This document shows, piece after piece, positions 1 to 8,156 of a stretch of DNA of 64,000 nucleotides. The notes beneath the pieces are model-generated. The model searched no databases. It had not been told where the DNA came from and was given only the letters and a program-made list of their open reading frames with translations. The translations under genes and the position numbers were made by a program. The stretch lies in contig CAZLBB010000001.1 in assembly GCA_964557415.1 (NCBI GenBank), forward strand, positions 3,373-67,372, in the 5' to 3' direction. Source of the stretch: an uncultured Rhodospirillaceae bacterium. GTDB taxonomy: Bacteria; Pseudomonadota; Alphaproteobacteria; JAEULC01. The first letter of the stretch is position 1; each line of letters opens with the position of its first letter.

Positions 1-881
1 ATCGCCTCGATATGGATGCTGACCATCAGGTACAGATAGAAGACCAGCGCCGGAAACACGGTGGCAACCATGACGTCGAAATACGGAATGCCCGTGAGGC
101 CGACGATCAGGAACGCGGCCAGGCCGAGCACCGGCGGGGTGATCTGGCCGCCGGTCGAGGACACCGCCTCGACCGCGCCCGCGAATTCGCGCGAGAAGCC
201 GATCCGGCGCATGGTCGGGATCGTGTAGGGCCCCTGGGCGGCGACGTTGGCCACGGTGCTGCCGGAGATCATGCCGAACAGCGCGCTCGACACCACGGCC
301 ACCTGCGCCGGCCCGGCGCGCATGCGGCCGACCGCGGCGAAGGACAGCTTCATGATCAGGCTAGTGCCGCCGCTCGCCTGCAGCACTCCGGCGAACAGCA
401 TGAACATGAAGATCGTGCGCGCGGACTCGAGCGTCAGCGACCCGAACAGGCCCGTGAATGACGGAATCGACGTGTAGGAAATCAAGCGGTCGATGCTGAT
501 GCCGGAGTGGAATAGAAAGCCCTGCGGGATCAGGTAGCCGTAGCGGCCGTAGATCAATCCCAGGACCGCCAGCGCCGGGATGATCGCGCCCCATTCGCGC
601 CAGGCGGCGACCAGCACCAGGACCAGCATCAGGACCGCGATCCAACGGTCCGCCGGGTCGGGAAACAGCTGCCGCTCGCCGACCAGCGCGTCGTGCTCGG
701 CATGGATGTAGACAAGCGGGACGACCGCAAGCAGCGCCAGCGCCACGAGGGCGCGCCGCAGCCAGACCCGCCGCGGCGGCGTCCTGTCCGCGCACATCAG
801 GAAGACCACGACGGTCGCGGCATTCACATGCAGGCTGCGGAATTGCCCCGAAGGGAGCACGTACCAGACAGCCTGGATCAT
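1..881 (-). CDS. TRAP transporter fused permease (TAXI-type DctQ/DctM fusion), N-terminal 293 aa; gene continues beyond window start
   Basis: Not in ORF track because no stop lies inside the window. Hand translation of the minus strand in the register of the plus ORF 12..461 gives MIQAVWYVLPSGQF...ALFGMISGSTVANVAAQGPYTIPTMRRIGF...GGQITPPVLGLAAFLIVGLTGIPYFDV. This is hydrophobic with the TRAP large-permease SGSxxAN and TIPxMKR-like motifs. There is an in-frame stop just upstream of the Met at 881..879. Confidence 0.72.
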   Translation of the reverse strand, partial: MIQAVWYVLPSGQFRSLHVNAATVVVFLMCADRTPPRRVWLRRALVALALLAVVPLVYIHAEHDALVGERQLFPDPADRWIAVLMLVLVLVAAWREWGAIIPALAVLGLIYGRYGYLIPQGFLFHSGISIDRLISYTSIPSFTGLFGSLTLESARTIFMFMLFAGVLQASGGTSLIMKLSFAAVGRMRAGPAQVAVVSSALFGMISGSTVANVAAQGPYTIPTMRRIGFSREFAGAVEAVSSTGGQITPPVLGLAAFLIVGLTGIPYFDVMVATVFPALVFYLYLMVSIHIEA

Positions 882-1099
882 GTGCGTCAGCGCCAGGAAC
901 AGCGCCGCCGCGCCCGCCGTCAGCGCGAGCGCAAGACCCCGATCGGCGCCATCGTCTCCGCCCGGTACACCGCCGAGCCAAGCCCGCCAGCGCGGCCTCG
1001 CGTCGCCGTTCGGCAATTCCCCCACCGCTCCCCTTGACCGGAAGTTGGGCGGGCATGACTATCGCTGGAAATCGCCAAACAGGAAAGAGGGAGCAGCCC

Positions 1100-2098
1100 A
1101 TGTCTAAGTCGTTGACGCGCCGGCAAGCGCTTGCCGCGGCCTCGGGTCTGGTGATCGGCTCCAGCCTGGGCGGATTCCGCCCCCTGCTGGCGCAGAAGGC
1201 GCCGTTGCGCTGGGGCTCCGCCAGCCTCGGCTCCACGGGCTACGTCATCATCGAGGCGCTGGCCTCGACCGTGAACCGCCTGACGGACGTCAAGGGTTCG
1301 TCGGTTGCGACCTCCGGCGCGGTCGAGAACATGGCGCTGATCGGGCGCAAGGAAATCGACCTCGGGCAGACCTCGTCGCTGGAATGGCCGTTGGCTTACA
1401 AGGGCGAGGCGCCGTTCAAGCAGAAGATCGAGCCGGTGCAGCTGCTTTCCTATGCGATCTGGAGCCTGCATCCGCTGGTGCGCGCCGACTCCGGCATCAA
1501 GAAGCTCGAGGACCTCGTGGGCAAGCGCGTGAGCCCCGGCCCGGCGGGCGGCAATACCGCGCTGCTGTGGAAGATGATCTTCACCAAGGCGGGCATTTTC
1601 GACAAGGTGAAGTGGAACTATTCGTCCTGGCGCGAGACCTACGACGGCATGAAGGCCGGCGCGCTCGACTGCATCGGCTCGATCCTGGTCGCGGGCAAAC
1701 CGTCCTCGATCCTCAACGAGCTGGAACAGACGACAAAGGTCAGGGCGTTGCCGGTCGACCGTGCGCTGATCGAGGCCGTGCACAAGGACCATCCCGGCGC
1801 GCTGCTCTACACGATCACGCCGGACACGTGGAAGACGCTGGACGCCCCGCTTGATACGCCCGCCGCATCGGGCATCCTCGGCTCCCGGCCGGAAATCGAC
1901 GACGCCACGGGCTATACGATCGTCAAGACGATCTACGACAACGCCGACGACATCCGCAAGGTCTCGCCCGACCTGGCGTTGATCCGCGTCGACATGGCAA
2001 CCAAGTTCCTCATGACCGGGTTCCCGGTCAACGGCGGCGCGGCCAAGTACTACAAGGAGAAGAACGTCTGGCGCAGCGAGCTGACGGCGCGCGCGTAG
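1100..2098 (+). CDS. TAXI-family TRAP transporter solute receptor
   Basis: ORF 1034..2098 trimmed to MSKSLTRRQALAAASGLVIG, a Tat-like signal peptide. An AGAGGGAG SD lies 7 nt upstream. The TAXI (immunogenic protein) fold-family sequence is recognisable throughout. Confidence 0.85.
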   Translation: MSKSLTRRQALAAASGLVIGSSLGGFRPLLAQKAPLRWGSASLGSTGYVIIEALASTVNRLTDVKGSSVATSGAVENMALIGRKEIDLGQTSSLEWPLAYKGEAPFKQKIEPVQLLSYAIWSLHPLVRADSGIKKLEDLVGKRVSPGPAGGNTALLWKMIFTKAGIFDKVKWNYSSWRETYDGMKAGALDCIGSILVAGKPSSILNELEQTTKVRALPVDRALIEAVHKDHPGALLYTITPDTWKTLDAPLDTPAASGILGSRPEIDDATGYTIVKTIYDNADDIRKVSPDLALIRVDMATKFLMTGFPVNGGAAKYYKEKNVWRSELTARA

Positions 2099-2146
2099 GC
2101 CGCGCGCCGCGCACGGGGGCCGCCTCCGCTCCCGACTGTCCCGCGC

Positions 2147-2941
2147 TCAGCGGCCGACGAACGCCGGCTTGCGCTTCTCCATGAAGGCGCGGCGGCCTTC
2201 GACGTAGTCCTGGCTGGCGAAGCATTCCTTGACCAGCCGCTCGCACAAGGCGACGTCGCGCTCCTCGGCGTCCTTGATCGCCTCGCCGACGATCTGCTTG
2301 ATCGAGCGCACGGTGAGCGGCGCGTTGCCGGCGATCGTGTCGGCGTAGTTCTGCACGTAGTCCTGCAGCTCGGCCTCCGGCACCACGCGGTTCACCAGCC
2401 CCATCACCTCGGCGTCCCTCGCCGTGAACTGGCGCGCGGTGAAGAAGATCTCCTTGGCGAAGGAGGGCCCCACCAGGTCGACCAGACGCTTGACGCCCGG
2501 CAGCGCGTAGCCGAGGCCGAGCTTGGCCGCGGGCACGCCGAACTTCGAGTTGTCCGAGCAGATGCGCAGGTCGCAGCAAACGGCCAGCGCCACGCCGCCA
2601 CCGATGCAGTAGCCGCGGATCATGGCGATGCTCGGCTTGGCGATGTCGGACAGCGCGCGGTACACGCGGTCGGTCGTCTTGTTGTAGTTCTCGACCGCCT
2701 CGGCCGAGGCGCGCTCGCTCTCGAACTTCGAGATGTCCGCGCCCGAAACGAAGGCCTTGCCGCCCGCCCCGGTGATGACGATCACGCGCACCGCCGGGTC
2801 CTTGGCGAAGTCGGCCAGGATCTCCTCTGCCGCCAGCCACATCTCCATCGAGACGGCATTGTGCCGCTCGGGATTGTTGAATGTCATCCAGCCGACGGCG
2901 CCGTCCTTGCGGGCCAACATCTTGTCGGTAGCCATTTCCAT
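2147..2941 (-). CDS. Enoyl-CoA hydratase/isomerase (crotonase fold)
   Basis: ORF 2147..3148 trimmed to MEMATDKMLARKDGAVGWMTFNNPERHNAVS. An AAAGGAGAC SD lies immediately upstream. Crotonase motifs GAGGKAFVSGADI and CIGGGVALA are present. Confidence 0.85.
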   Translation of the reverse strand: MEMATDKMLARKDGAVGWMTFNNPERHNAVSMEMWLAAEEILADFAKDPAVRVIVITGAGGKAFVSGADISKFESERASAEAVENYNKTTDRVYRALSDIAKPSIAMIRGYCIGGGVALAVCCDLRICSDNSKFGVPAAKLGLGYALPGVKRLVDLVGPSFAKEIFFTARQFTARDAEVMGLVNRVVPEAELQDYVQNYADTIAGNAPLTVRSIKQIVGEAIKDAEERDVALCERLVKECFASQDYVEGRRAFMEKRKPAFVGR

Positions 2942-2957
2942 GTCTCCTTTGAGCTGA

Positions 2958-4157
2958 TCAAACGACCCGGCGCTGGCGGAAGCCGGCGATCGCCGCGTCG
3001 TCATAGCCGAATTCGCGCAGGATTTCGTCGGTGTGCTGGCCGATCTCGGGCGGCGGCAGCTGGCCCGAGCTCGGCGTGCGCTCGAGCCGGACCGCCTGGG
3101 CCACGAATTTGGTCGCCGGGCCGCGCGCGGGCGAGTCGATCTCGACATAGGTCTTCAGGTGCTCGACCTGCGGGTCGGCGAAGACCTGGTCCATCTTGTA
3201 GATTTGGCCGCAGGGCACGCCCGCGGCGTTGAGTTTCTCGATCACGGCGTCGCTGCCCATGCCCTGGAGCCGCTTCTCGATCTCGGCGTTGAGCGCATCG
3301 CGGTTCTTCGAGCGGTCGGCTGCGGTCGCGTAGTCCTTGTGCTCGATCAGGTCGGCGGCGCCGATCGCGTGGCAGAACCGCTCCCAGATTTTGCGGCCCG
3401 TGACGGCGATGTTGATGTGCCCGTCCGCCGTCTTGAACACGCCGGTCGGGATGCTGGTCGGATGGTTGTTGCCGGCCTGCGGCGGCACCTCGCCGTCCAT
3501 CAGCCAGCGCGCCGCCTGGAAGTCGAGCATGAAGATCTGCGCCTGCAGGAGCGACGTGTGCACAAATTGGCCCTGGCCCGAGACCTCGCGCTCGAGCAGG
3601 GCCACGACGATGCCGTAGGCGCAGAAGATTCCCGCTGTCAGGTCTGCGATCGGGATGCCGACCCGCACCGGGCCCTGGCCCGGCATGCCGGTGATCCACA
3701 TCAGCCCGCCCATGCCCTGCGCGATCTGGTCGAAGCCGGGCCGGTCGCGATACGGCCCCTCCTGGCCGAAGCCCGAGATGCTGCCGTAGACGATGCGCGG
3801 GTTCACCGCCCGCATCGCCTCGTAATCGATGCCGAGCCGCGTCTTCACATCGGGGCGGAAGTTCTCGACGATCACGTCGGCCTTCCTGGCCATCGTCTTC
3901 AGGATGTCGACGCCCTCTGGCGACTTCAGGTTCAGCGTCATGCTGCGCTTGTTGCGGTGCAGGTTCTGGAAGTCGGAGCCGTGGCGCGGGCCACCCGGCG
4001 CGTCGCCCGGCTCGAGACCCTCCGGCATTTCGATCTTGATGACGTTGGCGCCCCAGTCTGCAAGCTGCCGCACCGCCGTCGGACCGGACCGTACGCGCGT
4101 GAGGTCGAGCACGGTGAAGCGTTTGAGCGCGGACGAGGCAGGACGGAACGGCATCAT
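2958..4157 (-). CDS. CoA-transferase family III (CaiB/BaiF-type)
   Basis: ORF 2958..4265 trimmed to MMPFRPASSALKRFTVLDLTRVRSGPT. Typical family III N-terminus and GRKADVIVENFRPD motif. It sits 17 bp upstream of the hydratase, consistent with an operon. Confidence 0.85.
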   Translation of the reverse strand: MMPFRPASSALKRFTVLDLTRVRSGPTAVRQLADWGANVIKIEMPEGLEPGDAPGGPRHGSDFQNLHRNKRSMTLNLKSPEGVDILKTMARKADVIVENFRPDVKTRLGIDYEAMRAVNPRIVYGSISGFGQEGPYRDRPGFDQIAQGMGGLMWITGMPGQGPVRVGIPIADLTAGIFCAYGIVVALLEREVSGQGQFVHTSLLQAQIFMLDFQAARWLMDGEVPPQAGNNHPTSIPTGVFKTADGHINIAVTGRKIWERFCHAIGAADLIEHKDYATAADRSKNRDALNAEIEKRLQGMGSDAVIEKLNAAGVPCGQIYKMDQVFADPQVEHLKTYVEIDSPARGPATKFVAQAVRLERTPSSGQLPPPEIGQHTDEILREFGYDDAAIAGFRQRRVV

Positions 4158-4294
4158 CGACCTCTGGAACTTGAGGCAAGCATAAGCCGGCGGGCGGCCG
4201 CACATGCGAGCATGCACGACCAGGCAGCCATAGCAGAGTCTGAACCAAGTGAAAACTGTTGACAATTCACAACTAGGCCGGCCTGATAGGCCTG

Positions 4295-5053
4295 ATGGAC
4301 GAGCAGGCCGATCGCACGCCCAAGGCCCAATTGGGCGATACCGCGCTGGCGCTGAAGATCAGGCGCACGGAATCGCTCGCCTCGCTGGTGCGCAAGGAGC
4401 TCGAGCGCATGATCGTCACGGGCGAGCTCCAGGCCGGCGACCGCCTCAACGAGAACGCCCTGGCCGAACGGCTCGGCGTCAGCCGCGGCCCGATCCGCGA
4501 GGCCTGCCGCGGGCTGGAGCAGAGCGGGCTGGTCGAGGTGCAGGTCAACCGCGGCACCTTCGTGCGCCAGATCGGCCTGCAGCAGGCGCTCGACATCTAC
4601 GACCTGCGCGGCGCGTTGTTCGGCTTCGCCGGCCGCACGCTCGCGCTGCGCATCACGCCCGCCCAGCTTGCCCGCCTGACCGCGTTGGTCGAGGCGATGG
4701 ACCGGGCGGTCGAGGACATCGACGCCTACTACCCGCTCAACGTCGAATACCATTCGACGCTGGTCGAGTTCTGCGGCAACGCGCACCTGACGGCGACCTA
4801 CCGCAACCTGGCCAAGGAGCTGCATCTGTTCCGCCGCCGCGGCCTGGTGTCGGAAGGCGTGATGCGGACCTCCAACAGCGAGCATCGCGCCATATTGGAC
4901 GCGCTCGCCGCGCGCGACCCGCAACGCACCGCGGCGCTGATGGAGGCGCATATCCTCGCGGGCAAGGCGCGGCTCTTGAAGACGCTGGACAATGACAAGC
5001 AGACGCCGGCGGAAGCCGCACCGCGCCGCCGCAGGGCGGCCGCCGGCGCGTAA
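4295..5053 (+). CDS. GntR-family transcriptional regulator (FadR/FCD subfamily)
   Basis: wHTH segment LNENALAERLGVSRGPIREA followed by an FCD-type C-terminal domain. Divergent from the CoA-transferase operon and upstream of tctCBA. Confidence 0.8.
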   Translation: MDEQADRTPKAQLGDTALALKIRRTESLASLVRKELERMIVTGELQAGDRLNENALAERLGVSRGPIREACRGLEQSGLVEVQVNRGTFVRQIGLQQALDIYDLRGALFGFAGRTLALRITPAQLARLTALVEAMDRAVEDIDAYYPLNVEYHSTLVEFCGNAHLTATYRNLAKELHLFRRRGLVSEGVMRTSNSEHRAILDALAARDPQRTAALMEAHILAGKARLLKTLDNDKQTPAEAAPRRRRAAAGA

Positions 5054-5093
5054 CAGGCGCAGGCAAGACGGACCAAGCAAGGAGGAGACGACC

Positions 5094-6089
5094 ATGACCA
5101 GGAGAATGCTCGACATCCGCGGCCCCGCACTCACGCGCCGCGCCTTCGCCGCCAGCGCCGCTGCCACGACGGCGCTGGCCTGGAGCCCGTTGCGGGCACA
5201 GGAGAAGTTCCCGTCCAAGACGATCGAAGTGGTGACCCACGCCGGCGTCGGCGGCGGCACCGACATCACGGCGCGCATGATGATGGTGCATGCGCCGGGC
5301 GCATTCAAAACCGAGTTCGCGGTCGTCAACAAGGTCGGCGGCAGCGGCGCTGCGGCGCTCGCCTATGCCAACAGCCGTCCGCGCGACGGCTACACGATCC
5401 TGCTGGTCACGCAGACGCATCTCCTGACCATGATCCAGGGCAAGGCGCCGGTTAAGTACGACGAGATCGTGGCCCTGGCGCGCGCGACCGATGACCCGCA
5501 AGTGCTGATGGTCGGCAAGAACAGCCCGTTCAAGACGGCCAAGGATTTCCTCGACGCGGGCAAGACGAAGTCGATGAAGTACGGCGCCACGCAGCTCGGC
5601 GGCGTCGACCACCTGGCGGTGCTGGGATTCGCCAAGAAGGCCGGGCAGGAGAAGCCGACCGTCGTGCCGTTCCGCGGCGGCGGCGACATCGTGATCAACG
5701 TCGTCGGCGGCAACGTCGATGTCGGCATCCTAAACTATGCCGAGGCCGAATCGCAGATCAAGTCGGGCGACGTGAGGCCGCTCTTGACCCTCGCGCCGAA
5801 GCGTCTTGGGCCCCTGCCCGACGTGCCGTGCTCGAAGGACCTCGGCCTCGATGCCAGCTACTCGACCGTGCGCGGCTTCGTGACGCTGAAAGGCGCGCCA
5901 GAGGAGAATCTCAAGATCCTCGAGGAAGGCCTGATCAAGGCGATGAAGGGGCAGATGTACACGACCTACATCGAGACCTCGGGCCAGTCGCCGGACAGCG
6001 TGGTCGGGCGCAAGGAATGGCAGGCGCAGCTCGATGCCTTCTACAACGAAGGCGCCGAGGCGCTGAAGTCGATCGGCCTGCTGAAGTAG
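5094..6089 (+). CDS. tctC: Tripartite tricarboxylate transporter substrate-binding protein (TctC/Bug family)
   Basis: ORF 4992..6089 trimmed to MTRRMLDIRGPALTRRAFAASAAATTALAWSPLRAQE, a Tat-type signal. AAGGAGGAG SD upstream. Bug-family sequence throughout. Confidence 0.85.
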   Translation: MTRRMLDIRGPALTRRAFAASAAATTALAWSPLRAQEKFPSKTIEVVTHAGVGGGTDITARMMMVHAPGAFKTEFAVVNKVGGSGAAALAYANSRPRDGYTILLVTQTHLLTMIQGKAPVKYDEIVALARATDDPQVLMVGKNSPFKTAKDFLDAGKTKSMKYGATQLGGVDHLAVLGFAKKAGQEKPTVVPFRGGGDIVINVVGGNVDVGILNYAEAESQIKSGDVRPLLTLAPKRLGPLPDVPCSKDLGLDASYSTVRGFVTLKGAPEENLKILEEGLIKAMKGQMYTTYIETSGQSPDSVVGRKEWQAQLDAFYNEGAEALKSIGLLK

Positions 6090-6092
6090 CTA

Positions 6093-6590
6093 ATGTCCGG
6101 ATTGTCCGGACGTCCCGGCGAGGGCTCGCCTTCGCCGGGAACGGTCGACCGTCTCGTCGCCCTCGCAGCGCTGGGGTTCTGCGCGCTCGTCTACGGCCTG
6201 ACCTACACGTTCGACAGCGTGCCCGAGGCGCTGATGAGCGGGCTGGGCGCCGAGCTGTTTCCCCGCCTCGTCCTCATCGTCATGGCGATCCTGTCGCTTT
6301 TGATCGCGGTAGGCGTCGGCGCGCCACCGATCGGCGCGCTGCCGCGGCTGCCGGCGCGCGTCTGGGCGACCGGCGCGGTGCTGTTCGCCTTCGTCGGCGG
6401 GGTCCAGCTCATCGGCATGTTCCCGTCCTCCTTCCTGCTGCTGGTCGGGCTCGGCTGGATGTGGGGCGAGCGCCGGCTGCTCCCGCTGGTGCTCAGCGCC
6501 GCCGGCCTGTGTGCCGCGATCTACCTTCTGTTCGTCCGCTTCGTGGGGGTAAGCTTCCCGCGCAGCATGCTCGGCACGCTGTGGTCTTGA
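6093..6590 (+). CDS. tctB: Tripartite tricarboxylate transporter small permease (TctB-like)
   Basis: 165-aa, 4-TM hydrophobic protein starting 3 nt after the tctC stop and ending 13 nt before tctA. Confidence 0.7.
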   Translation: MSGLSGRPGEGSPSPGTVDRLVALAALGFCALVYGLTYTFDSVPEALMSGLGAELFPRLVLIVMAILSLLIAVGVGAPPIGALPRLPARVWATGAVLFAFVGGVQLIGMFPSSFLLLVGLGWMWGERRLLPLVLSAAGLCAAIYLLFVRFVGVSFPRSMLGTLWS

Positions 6591-6603
6591 GAAGTCCTCG
6601 CTG

Positions 6604-8085
6604 ATGGACGCCTTCCTCGCCGGCATGGCGATCCTGGTCGACCCCTACATGATGGGGCTTGTACTGTCCGGCACGCTGCTCGGCATCATCGTCGGCGCGC
6701 TGCCCGGCATCAGCGGCAGCACGACGACGGCGCTCCTGCTGCCGCTCACCATCACCATGCCGCCGGCCGGCGCGCTCGCCTTCCTCGGCTCGATCTATTG
6801 CGCGGCCAATTTCGGCGGCTCGATCACCGCGATCCTGATCAACGCGCCCGGCGATCCCTCGGCCTCGGCAACCGCCTTCGACGGCTACCCGATGGCGGCG
6901 CGCGGCGAGGCCGGCAAGGCGCTCGGCATCTCGGCGATCGCCAGCGCGATCGGCGGCATCTTCAGCGTGTTCGTGCTGATCGTCGCGGCGCCGCTGCTGG
7001 CGCGCGCCGCCTACAATTTCGGTCCGCCGGAGTACTTCGCGCTGGCGGTGTTCGGCCTGTCGATGGTGGCGGCGATCGGCGGCGACTCGCCGACCAAGAA
7101 CCTGCTGTCGGCCGCCTTCGGTGTGCTGCTGGCCACGGTCGGCCTGGATCTCACCACCGGCGTCGAGCGCTTCACCTTCGGCATCTATGCCTTGAGCGAA
7201 GGCATCGAGTTCATCCCCGTGCTGATCGGCCTGTTCGCCATGGCCGAGCTGCTCGAGCAGGCCGCGCACGGCAACGTGGTGAAGGACTACATCAGGCTGA
7301 GCGCGGTGAAGCTGCCGAGCCTGGCCGATTTCCGCAAGTGCGCCAAGGCGATCATCCTGTCGAGCGGGATCGGCACCTTCATCGGCACGCTGCCGGCGCT
7401 CGGCGCCACGACCGCCTCGATGATCTGCTACAACGAAAGCCGGCGCTGGTCGAAGCACAAGCTCGAGTTCGGCCGCGGCGCGATCGAGGGCGTCGCGGGC
7501 CCCGAGGCCGCCAACAACGCCGCGGTCGGCGGCGCCATGGTGCCGACGCTCGCGCTCGGCATTCCCGGCAGCGCCACGACCGCCATCATCCTGGTCGGGC
7601 TGATCGTGCAGGGCGTGCGCCCGGGACCGCACCTGTTCAATGAGCAGCCCACCCTGCTCTACGTCGTGTTCGCTTCGATGCTGGCAGCCAATGTGCTCTA
7701 TCTCGTGCTCGGGCTGGGCGCTGCCAAGCTGTTCGCGCGCGTGACGCTGATTCCCCCCGCCTACCTGTGGCCCGGCGTGTTCGTGCTGTCGGTCATCGGC
7801 GCCTATGCGCCGAACCAGTCGATGTTCGATGTCGGCGTGATGCTGGTCTTCGGCGTCCTCGGCCTCCTGTTCCGCCGCTTCGGCTTCTCGCCGGCGCCGC
7901 TGATCATGGGTTTGGTGCTCGGGCGCATGGTCGAGGAGACGTTCAAGCAATCGCTGCTGATCTTCGACCAGAACTGGCTGATGTTCTTTAGCCGGCCCAT
8001 CGTCGTCCTGCTGTTCGCGCTGACTGCGCTGGGCCTGAGCGCACCCGCGCTCGCGCATGCGTGGCGGCGGCTGCGGGCGCGCTGA
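6604..8085 (+). CDS. tctA: Tripartite tricarboxylate transporter large permease (TctA)
   Basis: 493-aa polytopic membrane protein with TctA-family signatures (GALPGISGSTTTALLLPLT, GIPGSATTAIIL). Confidence 0.9.
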   Translation: MDAFLAGMAILVDPYMMGLVLSGTLLGIIVGALPGISGSTTTALLLPLTITMPPAGALAFLGSIYCAANFGGSITAILINAPGDPSASATAFDGYPMAARGEAGKALGISAIASAIGGIFSVFVLIVAAPLLARAAYNFGPPEYFALAVFGLSMVAAIGGDSPTKNLLSAAFGVLLATVGLDLTTGVERFTFGIYALSEGIEFIPVLIGLFAMAELLEQAAHGNVVKDYIRLSAVKLPSLADFRKCAKAIILSSGIGTFIGTLPALGATTASMICYNESRRWSKHKLEFGRGAIEGVAGPEAANNAAVGGAMVPTLALGIPGSATTAIILVGLIVQGVRPGPHLFNEQPTLLYVVFASMLAANVLYLVLGLGAAKLFARVTLIPPAYLWPGVFVLSVIGAYAPNQSMFDVGVMLVFGVLGLLFRRFGFSPAPLIMGLVLGRMVEETFKQSLLIFDQNWLMFFSRPIVVLLFALTALGLSAPALAHAWRRLRAR

Positions 8086-8156
8086 GCTTGCTTTGCCACC
8101 CCGTCCGAATTGCGCCAAACTCCCACATCCGTCCTTCCAGCCGCAGGGATACCGGC

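Noticed and set aside
12-461. Plus-strand ORF of 149 aa (MDADHQVQIEDQRRKHGG...)
   Set aside because: Arg/Asp/His-rich with low complexity. It is the exact antisense register of the hydrophobic TRAP permease, which I translated by hand. It is a typical high-GC shadow ORF.
3001-4262. Two long ORFs (3001..4248 minus, 3033..4262 plus) overlapping the CoA-transferase
   Set aside because: These are alternative-frame and antisense shadows. Only the 2958..4157 frame gives a family III CoA-transferase sequence.
6493-8118. Minus-strand 541-aa ORF
   Set aside because: Antisense to tctB and tctA. Highly charged, repetitive and Arg-rich, with no motifs.
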